Of a stretch of DNA of 64,000 nt, positions 40,170-52,421 are shown piece by piece. The stretch spans positions 222,332,001 to 222,396,000 of the forward strand of contig OZ024743.1 in NCBI GenBank assembly GCA_964016885.1, written 5' to 3'. Source of the DNA: Eledone cirrhosa. Taxonomy: Eukaryota. How positions within the stretch are numbered: position 1 is the first letter of the stretch; each line of letters opens with the position of its first letter. A program made the translations under genes and the position numbers. The notes below the pieces were generated by a model. That model made no database searches and was not told the DNA's origin. It worked only from the letters and a program-made list of their open reading frames with translations.

Positions 40170-40962
40170 GTGTCCTCTACATGTTTGTTTCATTGTTTCA
40201 TTTCATTTTGTGCACTTTGAAGGGCAGGTTTTCTGCAGTACATCCATCAGAGCATATAAGCTTCATTTTTTTCCAGTCTTGATAGGTCCTCTGCACATAT
40301 TGCCCAGGTCTCACTTCTATGCATTGCTGTTCGTACACAAGCTTTATACAATTTACCTTTCATTTTAAGAGAAAAAATATTTGTAGCTAACAGGGGTTTC
40401 CATCCCATTCTCACTCTGGCTACTTTACTTTCAGAACACCCACCTCTACTGCTAATTTGGTCCACTAGGTAACAAACTATTGACTACTTCTACGGAACCT
40501 TCTGAGCATTTAAAGGGGCCTGTTTACTGTGAGTTCATGCTACTTACTGCTCCTGTGCATTGGCCACATACAAAATCTACATTCTTTGCTAGTCAGCCCA
40601 AGATCCCACTACATTTTGTGTACTGATAGTTTACATTTGGGACATAGGATGGAATTTCTACCAACTCCTTTCCTGCACACTGAGCAAGGCCATTTCCCTG
40701 AGGGAATCTGGTCTCTGTTTTCCTTTTAACTTACTATAACCTCAGTCTTTGCCATGTTGATTTTAAGACCTTTTGATTCTAAGCAATGTTTCCAGGTTTG
40801 GAATTTTTTCTCTAATCCTGCTTTAAGGGTTAAATCATCTGCATACAAGAGTTCTCATGGGCAACCTGTCTTAAACTCTTCCATTATAGCCTGCAGCACA
40901 ATAATAAACAGGAGAGGGCTAAGAAAGGAGCCATGATGGACTCCTACCTGAATGCTAAAGTT
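40170..40962 (-). mobile_element. Decayed RTE fragment (RT end, PHD-like finger, C-terminus)
   Basis: Similar to RTE 3300-4100. Confidence 0.85.
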
Positions 40963-41351
40963 GCCTCTATATATATATAAAGATTTTAAGAGGGTCCGTC
41001 GAGCTGCCGATTATTGAGTCGGGTAGGATCGATATAGATCGAACCTTGAGCTGATCAGTGGCGAAACGCGTGTCACCTATCAATAAATGCAATGAAGGAA
41101 TAATCAATCGTTCTTTTTATCCTTTCTATATTTTACACTCTGTATAGCTCTACACATCATCACAGAAGTGAACCTAAACATCGAGTGCTCACCCGGGTTA
41201 ACCTGCAGTAACTCCTAGTTACACCCACTGGATATATATAAAGATAGATAGATAGATCAGGATTTTACCAGCTTTAAACTAGTAAAACCATTATTCAGCA
41301 GAGTACTTGAGATAGTTGAGTGTACCCTGACTTTCACTAATATATATATAT

Positions 41352-41690
41352 GTATTTTTGAAAAAGGGAAAAGAATGACTTCACAATTTAATTTTATAAT
41401 ATTATAATTTTACAATTTGGTTTTGTAGATCTAGTAAGTTTCTTTTTAACTTCGCTGGGAGATTTTTTTAAAATTTCTAGTTAACTTTCCTGGAGATCAG
41501 TTTGACAATTGCCACCGACGAATGCGAGAAACTTCTCCAGGAAAGTTAACCAGGAATCTTTAAAAAATCTCCCCACTGAAGTTAACAAAGAACTTACTAG
41601 ATCTACAAAACCAAATTGTAAAATTATATTATAAAATTAAATTGTTTAGAACTATAAGTGAAGTCATTCTTTTCCTTTTTCCAAATATAC
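41352..41690. repeat. Diverged inverted repeat (arms ~41352-41496 and 41534-41690) between TA tracts
   Basis: Reverse-complement match with indels. Confidence 0.8.
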
Positions 41691-41765
41691 CTAACTGTAC
41701 CAAGGATTTCATACATTTTCCAATATATATATATGTGTATATATATAATAGAAACAAACAAGGGA

Positions 41766-41955
41766 GTTTCGTTTACATATCAAAAATATTTATTGTGTAT
41801 CGACCTGTTATGCGTTTTTCACAGAGGATTGGCTCAAGATAACCTATAGGAGTTATGGACCCGATTCCAGTATCGATCTGCTCCTCTGACTGGTGATGTG
41901 ACAAAAATATAGCAGGTCAATACACAATAAATATTTTTTACATGTAAACGAAACC
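41766..41955. repeat. Short inverted repeat (~50-bp arms)
   Basis: gtttcgtttacat..tattgtgtatcgacctg / caggtcaatacacaata..atgtaaacgaaac. Confidence 0.7.
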
Positions 41956-42275
41956 TCCTCATTTTTTTTTCTATTATACACACTCTGCTTGTGCATAGAG
42001 TGCTTGAAAACAGAGAGAGAGACTGATAGACTGACAAACCGTAAAAGAAAGGCATAAACATATATTGAAGCAAAATATATTCGGATTCTTTTCTTTCTAA
42101 ACAAAAGAAAGCAGCACATTTTGTATTTGTTTGCTTTATTTATTTTTTCTATATTGTTCAAATATATATATACACATATATAGACATATATGTAATGTAT
42201 GTATATATACATATATGTATATACACATATATAAACATATATATGTAACATATGTGTATATATATATATATATAT

Positions 42276-42470
42276 ATCATCATCATCATTTTATGTCCGC
42301 TTCTCCCTGCTTGCAAGGGTGGGACGGGAACTGATTCTGGCTTGATTTCTACAGCTGGATGCCCTTCCTAACACAAACCTCATTTACAGTGAGGGCTGGG
42401 TGCTTTTTTACTGTGGTGCCTACACGACCACTTTACAGTGTGGGCTGGGTGCTTTTTTGATAGGGGCCCT
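42276..42470 (-). mobile_element. Short non-autonomous RTE derivative (UTR module + GAT tail); related copies at 43265-43505 (+) and 51957-52236 (+)
   Basis: aaagcacccag..cactgtaaa..ttaggaagggcatccagctgtagaaa module plus (GAT)n. Confidence 0.65.
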
Positions 42471-43011
42471 AGTCCCTATCATCTCATTTCTACAGCTGAG
42501 TAAACTGGAGCAATGTGAAATAAAGTATCTTGCTCAAGGAAACGACACATCATCCGGTCTGAGAAGTGAATTCACAACCTTTCGATTGCAAGGCCAATGC
42601 TCTAACCACTAAGCCATGTGCCTCCTTATATATATATGTCTATATATATATATATAGACATATATATGTAGTGTATGTATATATATACATATATATGTCT
42701 ATATATATAGACATATATATGTAATGTATGTATATGTTTTATAAGATATATAGTTATTTCAAGGAACACAGCTGTTGGCCAAACATTTTTCTCAATATAA
42801 CCATATACAAAATCCCTCATCGTTCCATATCCATGGTCCAAGGTTGAGAAACTATATGAAATAAACACTTTGTTTTAAGACTAAATCATTATTGTTGTTC
42901 ACATCATCATCAACACCATTACTATTATATCTTTATTAGAAGTAGATTGAATTGCTACTTGTAGTAATAACCATTATTACTACAAATCTTAGAATAGATT
43001 TGTAGTAATAA

Positions 43012-43228
43012 GGGTTTCTGATTTAGGCACAAGGCCAATAATTTTGGGCAACGGGAAAGTCAATTAAATCGACCCCAGTGCATTACTGGTATTTTATTTT
43101 ATCGACCCCCGTAAGGATGAAAGGCAAAGCTAATCTCGGCAGGATTTGAACTCGGAGTGTAAACGGCCATAACTCTATGCCACACAGCATGTTGTCTGAC
43201 ATTCTACCAATACTGCCAATCCATCACC
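43012..43228 (-). mobile_element. SINE copy with ~17-bp TSD tagatttg(t/g)agtaataa
   Basis: Family sequence plus TSD. Confidence 0.85.
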
Positions 43229-43694
43229 CTTAGATTTGGAGTAATAATAATAATATGTAAAATGTTAGTGCTGGTGCCATAATAAAATGCACCCAGAATA
43301 CTCTGTACACTCTTCATGCATGTGCCACAATAGAATGCACCCATCATTTTACATGCTGTAAAATAGTTGGCATTAGGTAGGACATCTAACCAATCAAACT
43401 GGGAGGTATGAGCATGATGTGGTCACCTGACTTTTCTATACTCAGAACAAGACAACCCATCCAACCCAAACTGGCATAGCAAACCGATATAAAACAGTGA
43501 TGATGAATCCCTTCTAAGTCACAGTTATATATTTTTTTTCTTTGAAACAAATCACCATGGTGTTGTTCTTAGAAAGTGTACGGTGTACCTTCTGAGAGCA
43601 TCATGTCATCTTTTGGAGCTCATAATATACAAGTTTTCCCCAGGTATTGCTATTAATTACATAAAGAAAACAGTTGTTGTTATTGTTATTATGA

Positions 43695-43729
<35 letters not shown>

Positions 43730-44047
43730 TTTATATTTTCGCTTAAATTGAAATACATAATTTTTTTATTCTATCATTAACCAAATAATTTTTCTTACTT
43801 TGTTTCTTTTCTTTCTTATCAAATAGAATACACACACATAAACATACATACATACATACAAGCACACAAATGTTTATACATATATATATATATATATTTA
43901 TACACACATACATACATACATATATACATATATACATATACAAGTGTGAGTGTATATATGTATGTACATGTATATATATACAAATATATATATAAACATA
44001 CATACATATATATACAAGTGTGAATGTATGTATGTAGATATATATGA

Positions 44048-44087
<40 letters not shown>

Positions 44088-44208
44088 ATAAGATGTTACT
44101 AGTTAAATGACTAGTAAAACAATTATTCAACTTAGTACTCGATACCTTAATGAAAGTAGAGTGTAAATAATATTCATTACATATAAGCTCAACATATGTA
44201 TGTGTATA

Positions 44209-44249
<41 letters not shown>

Positions 44250-44423
44250 GGTATTAAACAAATGGAAACTATATTTATAAAACCATATTTATTTCATTAT
44301 ACATATTTCGGGGATACCATATTAAAAATATGGCATGCCTTCTTCAGATAAAATACAATATATAAACAGTTTTATAAATAATTTTGACGTACCATAAATA
44401 TTGATAAACTTTTATGTAAGAAA

Positions 44424-45008
44424 TTGGTTAAATATCACTCAATTTTTAATAGACATACTATAAAATTAACTTACTCGTCCACCAAAAATTTAGTACAAAA
44501 TATTAACAGAATAAATAATAGGAATCTAAAACCTAGCCAAAATACCGATAATAGCCAAAACAATATTCAATTAAACAACTGTAACTGTAGAAATAAATCT
44601 AAATGTCCGTTAAATAACAATTGCTTAGTTAAAAATATAATATACAATTGTAATGTTAAAACTAACTTAAATTCTTTTAACTATGTTGGTTCCACCTCGA
44701 CAGAATTTAAACTTCGCTACAATAATCATAAGAATTCTTTCACAGATCCAAACAAGAAATCTTCAACTTCACTATCAGGCTTACTCTGGCAACTTAAACA
44801 TGATAACGTTGGGTATTCGATGTTTTGGAATATTGTCTCAAGAGGGATTCCTTTTAATTCCTCATCTGAGACATGTGACCTCTGTGTGGAGGAGATATTC
44901 TTTATATTAAAATCTAAAAATTCCCTTAATTTAAGGAGCAATTTATTCAGTTGCTGCAGACATAGATTGAACTCAACGTTTAAATATAAATATAAATTTA
45001 AAATGTAG
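44424..45008 (+). CDS. PLE C-terminal GIY-YIG endonuclease fragment
   Basis: IFNRHTIKLTYS, CNCRNKSKCPL..CL..NIIY..NYVGST..FK.RY..H..SF, CDLC..E, LNLRS..CRHR. Confidence 0.85.
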   Translation: MVKYHSIFNRHTIKLTYSSTKNLVQNINRINNRNLKPSQNTDNSQNNIQLNNCNCRNKSKCPLNNNCLVKNIIYNCNVKTNLNSFNYVGSTSTEFKLRYNNHKNSFTDPNKKSSTSLSGLLWQLKHDNVGYSMFWNIVSRGIPFNSSSETCDLCVEEIFFILKSKNSLNLRSNLFSCCRHRLNSTFKYKYKFKM

Positions 45009-46628
45009 TATAATTAGTTAAGATATTTAATTAATGTATGAAACCTGACGATAAATCTTTCGATTCCTTCAACTTTTTCTTTTAAACCTTCTTCATAAAT
45101 ATATACTAATGATGTAATTAAACTACCCTAAAATGTAGATGCTCCCAATCTATTGAATAAATTTTACGCTAGATAAACTTCTATACTAAATATAAGAGCA
45201 TCCGTAGAACCACAGGGTCTCCTAAATCTTTTAAATGATTTCTGCTAAATAAGTTTTGTTGAATAATTTTTGGTTTTTTGTTTGCTTTTTGATTCTGATT
45301 GCTTCTAATGAACTTGGCAATATATTGTCAGATAAATTGGAAGGGTAGATTTCTGTGGTTGATATGGGGTGCATACTGTGTTTTTTACGGCCCGAGATAC
45401 TCTAGGGAGTGATGAAAATTTTTTTAACGTTTTGATATCTCTGTGTTGATATATTAATATCTGGTTGTCTCTGTACAAAGGCCATATGTATTAATATGAA
45501 TATGGAATGATTACAGAGTATATTTTATTTTATCTGTTTATTTTATCTGTCCATGTACATATATGTGTGCATACATATATATATATGTATGTGTGGGTAT
45601 AGCTTTGGATATGTTACAGATATGCATAATATTCTATACATGAACGATAATCATGTACGTGAGGGCAGGAGTATTAATATATATTTTTTATGTATATATA
45701 TATATAATAAAATCTTTTATAACACAAGGGAAAAAATTTTTTTCTGTGAAACAAGAAATTACAGAGTTGATCACATAAGATCATGGGTATGTCTATTGTA
45801 TCAACTAGAACTTGAGATGACCTTCTCTTTTTCTCTTTCTTTCCTTTTCCGGAAAGTACATATATACTTATATATTTCCGTATTTTTTGAAGTTTTATCT
45901 CAGTTTTTGGTACATCGACCTCAGAATTTTAAACTAAACATATGGTCATTATTTTTCACACATTATATATCTATGTCTCATTCATGAATATTGATATTTA
46001 CATTATAATACCCAATTCATATGAATTGATAATTCAAATTGACAGGACATAATGTAAAGATGTAAATCTATCATCCCTCTCTCTAGATATAGCTCTTTCT
46101 TCTCCTCCCTCTTTATATTTGATGAAGTCTAAGTATCGGTTATTTTAACTTTGCCTCTCGAGTTTCTCTCTTGTTTTCTCTCTTACTTCTCTCCTATTTC
46201 TCTCACCTCCCCATATATAATAATTATTATTATTTGTTCTACCTCTTTTTTCCCCCCACCTCTATCTTTCTCTCTCTCTCTGTTTTCTCTTCATTTTTTA
46301 TTTCTCTCCGTCTCCTTAACACTATAACTAAATAAGTACAGTACTCCCTCCCTCCTAAATCTCTCAATTTGTATGATGAATTATTATTATTCATCTGTTG
46401 CCTCAGCTGCCTCTCTTTTTTCACCTCCTCACTATTTCTCTCTCCCCTATCTCTCTCTATTTCTCTGTTTTTCTTTACATACATTTCTTCTTTTTCTCCG
46501 TCTTTCTTTTTAACTGTGCTTAACACTAAATATTTATAAACATTTCACTACCAAGCCAACTTCTTACATAAAAGTTGATCAATATTTATGGTACGTCAAA
46601 ATTATTTATAAAACTGCTTATATATTGT

Positions 46629-46692
46629 ATTTTATCTGAAGAAGGCATGCCATATTTTTAATATGGTATCCCCGAAATATGTATAATGAAAT
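46629..46692 (+). ncRNA. Type I hammerhead ribozyme motif; mirror copy 44291-44354 (-)
   Basis: attttat-CTGAAGA-[aggcatgccatatt/aatatggtatcccc]-GAAA-TATGTA-TA-atgaaat. Confidence 0.7.
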
Positions 46693-46820
46693 AAATATGG
46701 TTTTATAAATATAGTTTCCATTTGTTTAATATCGTATATCTACTCCAAAACTTGTTGAGTGCTTTATATCAGTTATAAAATATTTACTTGTTGTAACCCA
46801 ACAATTTTAAATAAAACTTT

Positions 46821-46862
<42 letters not shown>

Positions 46863-47320
46863 TACATATATATATACATATATATACACATACACATATA
46901 TACATACAAACATACATATATATATGTATATATATATCTACATATAAATATATACATATATATACACGCACAGACATGCAGACGCACACACACATATATA
47001 CATGTATATATATATATATATATGTATATATTCTACTTAAAGGAATGAAATAAAATGAAAAGCTTAAAAAAAACCATCAAAGAAAAGTAATAACGATATG
47101 AAATCAATAAAGCTTGTATGATTGGATTAAAAAATAAAATTAGTTTCTATATTAATATTTAAAGTCTTGGTACTGTATCTCTGATAAGTCTTTTAGAAGA
47201 ACAGGCAGTCATATTTGCTTCTTGTTTCTTTTAACTTGGAACTGTCCAAGATTTTTACCACATCATACATACACACACACATATACATATGTATGTGTAT
47301 ACACACACACACACACACAC

Positions 47321-47363
<43 letters not shown>

Positions 47364-47435
47364 TAAATGTATATATATATGTATATACATGCATACATAT
47401 ATATATATGTATGAATATACACACACATATATGTG

Positions 47436-47479
<44 letters not shown>

Positions 47480-47695
47480 CAAACACTCTCTCTTTCCCTC
47501 TTCCTTTTTTTAATGGATGAAAGAATTTTCTTTCTTTTTCTTTAGGTTTATTTTGATTTGGTTCATTTATTTTGTTTTGTTTTCCTTTTTTTCTTCTTCT
47601 TTTTTTTGCAGTGTCTCTCTTTTTTTATTTTTCTAATCCTCCTCGCCCTGACATTCAATCACTGCCCCTACCCCCTTCCCCATGCATTCTTACTA

Positions 47696-50427
47696 TCACA
47701 CCCAATACTGGTTATCTCTCAAAACTGGATTTGTGGTCCGAAAGTGTTGCAAAAGTTCAGGACCCAGTAGATTCCAATCAACGTTCAATAAATCTGTACT
47801 GGTTCCGGTCTTGGAACTTCCTTCTGGAAAGCATCTCTCCGGTGGGGAGCTGTCATCTGTATGCATCAGTGGCGTTACTTTACAGTTTGGCACCGTGGAG
47901 CTGACCTCAGCCCGGGTTGAATCGGGTGACCGGGGCGTCGGTGATGACTTTGCACTATGGTCAGCAGTGGCTGATATGTTAGTGTGTGAGCATGATGATG
48001 GTGATGATGCTGCTGCTGTTGCTGTTGCTACAGCCACTGCTTTCTCATCACTGTCTTCCAACGGTGTCAATGCACTTGCTGGGGGGGAGCCTGCAGAGGC
48101 TTTATCAATGGTGCCATCAGTGCTACTGATGCAACATGCACCTGAGTCTGCATTGCTGTTATTGTTGCTACTGGTTGAGGGAATGTTCACACCACTGGAC
48201 GATGCTTGTTCCTGCATAAGTGACATGTAATCGTCAGATACAGGGCTATTGGTCAGGCTTTGCTGTTGCGGTTCAATGTGAACGTGTGGCTGCTCTAAGT
48301 GCACTGATCCATTGATCTGCGGTCGAGGTCGCGTACGTGCACCGCGCACACTTTCTGTGGGCGATTTCTGTTTCCTTTTCCTCAGCAAAATGAAAATAAT
48401 GAGAACTATGATTATAATTATTAAGATAAACGAGACTACAATACAAACTATGAAAAAGTCACTTGTTACATTCGGAATATCCTCTTGCTTGCCAGCAGCT
48501 TCCTTAGGCACGATGGCGGCCGCGACTGATGTCAGGCGAGGCGTCAGAGACGGTTTAGGATCTTCCTCTTTGCTTCCTGGTGGATGGATATTCACTTCAA
48601 ACTTACCAGAAGCTGGTTGTACATTCATTGCAACAAGTTTGAAAGAGAAAGAGTCAACGACACTATGATTGTGACCAGTTCTGTCGGCTTCGTAAAGGAT
48701 GTCACCATTTTTAACGTCTTCGTGGGTAAAACTTTTGATTAGGGTTCTTCGGCGAATCTCCCTTTTGCGAATGGGAGAACGTTTAATGAGTTGACCATAC
48801 GAAGGTGGGTCAATTATATGGAACTGAGGGTTATCATGGGTCACTTCTGCCAATTCAGAGGCATCGAGAACTGAAAGATCTATAAGGGTTTGATCTCCAG
48901 CAATAGCTTTAAATGGGTGTTGATTTAAAAGGGGACGCACAGTAATGTTAAAGCGAGCATCGTACACACGGCTGTCAATTTGTGGAAAGTACATACGTAC
49001 TAAGAAATAGTCTGAACCAGACGCCATGTTAGTTTGAATGTAGAGTAAAAGACTGTTTTCAAGATCTGTTTGTGAGAACTGGGTAACAATCAAATCTTTG
49101 AGATAGAGGTGACCATATTGAGGTCGACGTGTGATGTTGTAGCGGACATTTTCAGAAATTCCATTTGTACGAATCTTAAAGTTGTTAAGGCTAATATAAG
49201 CTGCGGCCTGAGACTGCAGAACTTCAATGTCTGAATATTTGACAATGTTTATAATGACTGGAATGACGGCAATATTGAACACAATGTAGAACTGTTCAAA
49301 TTTGCCGTCACTGACCTTAAAAGTGAAAGAGCCTTGCTGCCTGCTACCATCATGTAGAAACACCACTATACCAGCATTGACATCACGTTGCGTGAACTGA
49401 GAAATTGGAACGAAGTAACTGTTGTGAAACACTAACATTCCATTGTCAGCTTTTTTAATGATAGTATAAGTGATATTTTCTGGTGGGGTATCTGGATCAG
49501 TTGTCTCCAAATGTTTGCGTGTAATGTTCGCCGTTAAACCTTGAATAACTTGAATGCCAGGGTTCTGGGTGAGCAGTACAAGGTGTTGATCATTCACTGG
49601 ATAAATGGTAATGTTGAACTCATTTTCCAGTGTACGACTGCTCACATCCAGGGGTTTACTTGTAATGTTACGTATTTTGATATTCAACAAGAACTTGAAG
49701 GAATCCTGCAAAGTTTCATTGCCATTGTGCTCATACTTGAGACGTTCGTGGTTAATTTCCTGTTGAGAAAAGTTAACACCGGGCAGTAGTAATCCTCGAT
49801 CCAGAAGTAATTTACCGTAACGAGGTGATTCAGTGATTTCATATCTGACAGTGACATGTTTCTTTAGGATTTTCAGTTCCCTCACATATTTGTCAATATT
49901 AAGGTTATGTTTGGTGAAAAAAGCACTGCCACCTTCCACCACCTTCAGTGGAGTGAGACTAATCAACATGTTCTTGTTTTCTTGATTAAGGTTGCCGTAC
50001 GAGATACTTATAGACATAATGTCTTCAATACTGTTTGCATAGAGAGTCTCAACTTGGAATTTAAAAAAATCTCGCTGGGACCAATTATGCAGATTAGTTT
50101 TATGTCGATAGAAAATACGACCGCTATCAATGTCTGACTGTGTGAAATGATGGACTTCATTGAGCTGTTCGTCCATTCGAGACACAATCTGACCATAGTG
50201 CGGACGGGTCTTCAGCCAGTACTTTATAGCATTTGTTTGGTTAGGGTTATTAGTGCTTGCAGACAGGTATTCATTGGTTAGAACTTGCCTCGTATTAGGG
50301 TACACTTCCATTGGCTTGTTGACATCGAGGCTCAATACAAGGGAATGTGCTGTTATCTTAAAACTATGTTCATTATCAAAATTTGTACCATCTGTGATGC
50401 GGAACTGGAAGCTCCCCGTGCTGCCAC
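47696..50427 (-). CDS. CSPG4: CSPG4/NG2-like proteoglycan, last coding exon: CSPG repeats, TM helix, cytoplasmic tail
   Basis: Acceptor ttttgttttgtag| at 50428, phase 1 in frame with the upstream exon (HTG-GSTGSFQFRITDG); FTQ.DI..G.I.Y.H repeats; TM FFIVCIVVSFILIIIIIVLIIFILL; C-terminal QYWV as in vertebrate NG2. Confidence 0.92.
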
Positions 50428-52421
50428 CTACAAAACAAAATGGAATTCATTATTCAGCATTTTAATGAATAAGCTATTGGCAGAGTTGTTAGAACATCAG
50501 ATAGAATACATATACAAATGAGAAAACTCGTCGCTAGAACAGCCGTTAAAACAGCTAAATGCTGTCAAAGACAACAATGGACAAAAATGCCTCAGAGGAC
50601 AGCATCCAGTGGTTGACAGAGAGACAATCCACAAGGTGGGTGACAGGCAGATGAAATATAGAAAAGATTGAAAGAGGAGGAGAAGTGTGTTGGCACATAG
50701 CAGTGACTAGAAGAAGGAAATAAAGAAATGCAATGTATAAGACAAGATTACACACACACATCTTCACCCTCATCAGCTCTCAAACCAGAAAAATGGTATT
50801 GCACGATGTTTTGCAGTATTCATTCCACCTCACTGCACTTAGTTCAAATCTCACTCACGTCAACTTTGCCTTTCATCCTTTTGAGATCGATAAAAAAAAT
50901 GTACTAGTCAGGTACTGAGGTTAATTCTTTTTCTAATAAATGACACTGCGTATGATTTTTAATTCATTTTGAAAATAATCAAGAAATTGGAAGGATTTAG
51001 TATTACAACTTTCTCACTACTAAGGTGGTGTTTGGAATATAGCTTAACAATGGTTCTTAGATAAAATCATGGTGAAAGATTTTCCAATAAATATACACTT
51101 TAAAATAGTTTTGTAATGTAGAACCGACTTTGGTTTCAGGAGGTTTACTCTTAAAACAATGGTTCTACAGTTGGTCAGAGGAAATAAGCTTGTGAATTGT
51201 TCATACTTATCTCCCAAATATATGTTTTACAGATATCAGTGAACTGAAGTAGTAGAAAATGGCAGTTAAAGCATGCTGAGGGCTTACTGTCACTTTTTGA
51301 CACAAGTCCACAAAGTTTGGGTATAATCAATTAAATCAATTCAGTATATTACTGGAACTTATTTTATCAGTGAAGGTATATAGTCTAATGGTGTTGGATT
51401 GATAATCATAAGGTTGTGAGCTCAATTCTTGGAGTAGACAGTGCGTTGTGTTCTTGAGTAAGATGCTTCATTTCATATTGCTTATTGTGGTAGACTGGAG
51501 ACCTATCATTAAAATACTTAAGAAACTTCCGATGAGATGCAATCTCATAAGTGTGAGCTGTAAATTTCACTTCTTTCATTTATTTTATTCACTTTGGAAG
51601 GATGAAAAGCAAACTTGTCCCCAGTGGGATTTGAACACACAATGTAAAAAGACATATCTGAATAACTACTACAAGACATGCAAGCATGGAAAAGCGGACA
51701 TGATGATGATGATGATGATCTGTCTAGAAATCTAACCAAACATTGTTTTTCGATACTTTGAATGTTACAACAGAAGGTTAAAATAGTCAAAATATTTCAA
51801 ATACTTATTATGTTAACCCTTTTCGAACCATATCTATGATTTAATTAAAGGAAAATCTTTAGGGCTTTACTTAAATTATTATTTCATTAAGGTATTATTT
51901 ATAACATAAAACATTCTTATATCAAATTATGCTAGAAGATTTTAATTTAAATAGAAACCCTGTAAAAGTGGTTGTGTAGGTGTCACAACAAAAAGCACCC
52001 AGTCCACACTGTAAAGTGGTTGTGTAGGAGTCACAGCAAAAAGCACCCAGTACATACTGTAAATGTGATTGGCATTAGGAAGGTCATCTAGCCATAGAAA
52101 CCAAGCCAGAAACAGTTCTATATGAGTAAGACACGGTCACCTGACCCAACTTGCCTCTAATCGGACAACCTGTCTAACCCATGCTAGCGTGGAAAATGGA
52201 TGTTAACTGATGATGATGATGATGATGATGATGATGAGAACCAGAGGCAGTTTTCAGCAGGTTGGTGTGAAAAGGGTTACATTCAAATCTCATGTATTCT
52301 TTCTGCTGCTTCACTTTCAACATTTGATGAGACTGAAGGATTACAATACAACAGGTGATATTAGAAGAGATTGGATAGGTTAATAGCAAAACTACAAGAC
52401 TTTACTGTAAAGTTCACTTAC

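Larger units (their letters stand above)
44248..46824 (+). mobile_element. 5'-truncated PLE (probably Naiad-type) with inverted arms ~44248-44422 and ~46561-46735, flanked by (TA)n
   Basis: GIY-YIG ORF plus inverted repeats carrying a hammerhead motif. Confidence 0.85.
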
